Of a stretch of DNA of 64,000 nucleotides, positions 61,801 through 64,000 are shown one piece after another. The notes beneath the pieces are model-generated. The model searched no databases, had not been told where the DNA came from, and saw only the letters and a program-made list of their open reading frames with translations. Each line of letters opens with the position of its first letter. The stretch's first letter is position 1. The position numbers and the translations under genes are program-made. The DNA comes from Bugula neritina (taxonomy: Eukaryota > Animalia > Bryozoa): NCBI GenBank assembly GCA_964035545.1, contig OZ037765.1:19964995-20028994 (forward strand). Direction: 5' to 3'.

Positions 61801-62157
61801 ACTGACTACAGCTCTTTTACTCCTATAAAGTAAAAAATTATTTAATAAATATTAATTTGGTCAGAAGACAGCTTGCTGCAATGATTTAAAGAAAAACTAT
61901 ATAAATTCACAAGTGCATTTAAAATATAGGATTAAAAAGCAATTTGGAATTTAGAATTTGAATGTAATATTTTTTCAACTCTTCTTTCAAATATTGAAAA
62001 TGCTCATCTATGATCTCTTTGAGCCTAGAAACTTTTTTATTGAAATATAATATATATTCTTATAATGTTGAATAAACTTGTTTAATTATCTCACTTACCA
62101 GCTTTTGCAGGAAGCCGAGACAAAGAGGCAAGCGAGCACCAAACAGGCAACCTTCAT
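58846..62157 (-). CDS. Secreted single von Willebrand factor A domain protein with a dibasic-processed N-terminal peptide, 7 exons
   Basis: Exons at about 62157-62099 (signal peptide MKVACLVLACLFVSASCKS), 61822-61797 (WSKRAVVSA), about 61610-61550, 60884-60596, about 60354-60153, 59679-59556, 59015-58846. Complete MIDAS: DIVFVLDSSGS, GSTATGDAL, VIIITDG; also VNVFAMGV. Ends NPSKCA*. Confidence 0.9.
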
Positions 62158-62249
62158 CTTGTAAGTTGATGTGGATAGTGTTTCAATACTGCTAAGAAAA
62201 GTTCTAAGGTGATGCTGCCACATGACAGTGTGAAATAACACTTGGTAGT

Positions 62250-62257
62250 TGACGTCA
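62250..62257. promoter_or_regulatory. Perfect CRE palindrome TGACGTCA in the 391-bp divergent intergenic region
   Basis: Exact 8-mer lying between the two head-to-head ATGs (62157 and 62549). Confidence 0.45.
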
Positions 62258-62548
62258 TGGAATACTTGGACTTACTATCAGCATAGCCTAATGATCATCA
62301 TTAGAAGTTGTTCCTAGTTCAAGATAGTCTAACTTTAGTTACATACATTTAACATTAGTTCACAATGTCAAGCTAAATGTTAAAACTGGTACTTTTTAAA
62401 TAATTAGGACTGCGTGTAATAAATGTTATAGTAAGGATCTCAGTCTAATTAATAGCTGCATGAGAAAAACCAGGTGCTGAGCTTTCTCTCAGTTATGGAA
62501 TCATTTTTTTAATGTTCAAAGGCATTGTTATATAGAGTAGGCATAATA

Positions 62549-63878
62549 ATGTATCTGGGGACTGCTTTTGCTTTATTGTCAATATTGTAAGTGCTTATAT
62601 GTATACACATTTTATAACATGTATATAAACACTTATTTGTGTGAGATTGTCAAAAATTTATCAACATCAGCATTATTTTGATAATCTACTGTGAATTTTC
62701 ACTTCAAACAGCATTTTTTATTTTAGTGTGCAAGCTTGTGCTTTGTATTGTTGAGGCTTTGGGTGAAATGTTACATAGAGCATATGTTTTCTTTTCACTG
62801 CACAACTCAATAAACACTAAAATTATGTGGGATTTCCCAATAAACTATGTCTTTTAAATGTTTATCAGCTACAATTCTATAAAATAAATTGGCACACACT
62901 GTCTATTTTTATTGGGTTGAAAAGTTGCTTTTAAAATATAAAGACATCACTTATAAAAAATGTAGTCAACAAGCAACAGTAAAAATATCTGCGCTTAAAT
63001 CATATACAACTTTATAATAGCTTAATCTTAACTCAAGTTAGTGATTTTATTGCATAAATTTTGTCATTTTCTTACCTTACTATCTATACATTTGTATTAG
63101 GTACGCCAGTACTTGTGTCAGAGGGAATGAGGATGTGCTGAGGAGCTTGGTTGCTGGTCACTATGATGCATCAAGTGTTTCAGTAGCCCGAAGAGCTCTT
63201 CTTCAAAGTAAGAGGTTTATATTTTACATCTCTTATATTATATGATTATATAGATACAATAAGAAGCCAATGTGCATGTTTTGTAAAAGTCACAATTACT
63301 TTATAATTCACCACGATTTTATATATCGTTTTAGTATTATAATATAGTCTCTATTTAAAACAGTGATTGTAACCAAGATGTTTGTTTCGGTGCAATAACC
63401 ATCATATCTATATTCTCTGTTAACTGAAAAATATATGAAATAGCCATATTCACAAATGTTCAATTATATGCTAAGCCTATTATAAAAAGTATGATGCATA
63501 TATGTGTGCTACAAGTTATAACTTTTTGTTATTATTATTGGTTAAAAATTATTTTGTTACATAAAGCTTTCGAAAACAAAACCCACATATACATACATCC
63601 AAAAATATTATTGTAATTTAATAATATCAACTTTGGCTTTAGAAATTAATTGAATTTTCTAGACTAAGATCTCTGAAGTTGTATTATACAGGCGCTGGCA
63701 TCTCAAACCTGGCTAATGCATTTGCAAGTCAAATAGGAACGCAACAAAAGTCGGCTGCTGTTGATGCTAAAGGAAGAATTCTACCTTACATTCCTCAGTA
63801 CCAGATCTCTCAACAGACTAGTTATGTTGATAGTTGTCTTGGCTACACCAGAGGAAAGAGAGAATTCCTGCATCAGCT
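62549..63878 (+). CDS. 5' part of a secreted precursor paralogous to the VWA gene (continues past the window)
   Basis: Phase-consistent exons 62549-62586, 63101-63207 and 63692-63878 give MYLGTAFALLSILYASTCVRG NEDVLRSLVAGHYDASSVSVARR ALLQSAGISNLANAFASQIGTQQKS...SYVDSCLGYTRGKR EFLHQL. Confidence 0.8.
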
Positions 63879-64000
63879 GTAAGTAAATATTAAATTACAA
63901 GTGAAGTTTACAAACAATATTTATACTTATTTATACATTTCTAACTTAATAGGAACAAACATTGTTTGCTCAAAAATGAAGTTTTATTAATCTCATAGTG

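Noticed and set aside
62727-62762. Candidate extra exon of the plus-strand paralog
   Set aside because: Its phase is incompatible with the flanking exons, and splicing 62586 to 63101 already gives a clean signal peptide.

Overview
AT-rich, intron-rich animal genomic DNA, probably an invertebrate (the lineage is my inference). It holds four complete spliced genes: DNMT1 (minus, about 29 exons, 2402-23349); a TMEM8/PGAP6-family gene (plus, 12 coding exons, 25027-34673) that shares a divergent E2F/CCAAT promoter with DNMT1; TRPA1 (minus, about 25 exons, 36167-56263, with a second TATA/Inr-driven first exon at 57204-57257); and a small secreted single-VWA precursor (minus, 58846-62157). A head-to-head paralog of the VWA gene starts 391 bp away (plus, from 62549) and runs off the window. 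Mobile DNA includes a 5'-truncated RTE-type LINE with a TSD, a MITE, about 7 copies of a tRNA-derived SINE, and a 272-bp circularly permuted unit with a type I hammerhead ribozyme inserted in a (TA)n tract. The strongest leads are the retrozyme-like unit, the prohormone-like 'amidated peptide + VWA' gene pair, the alternative TRPA1 N-termini, the missing DNMT1 KG linker, and minisatellites built from splice-site sequence. Exon boundaries were read by eye and may be off by a few bases.
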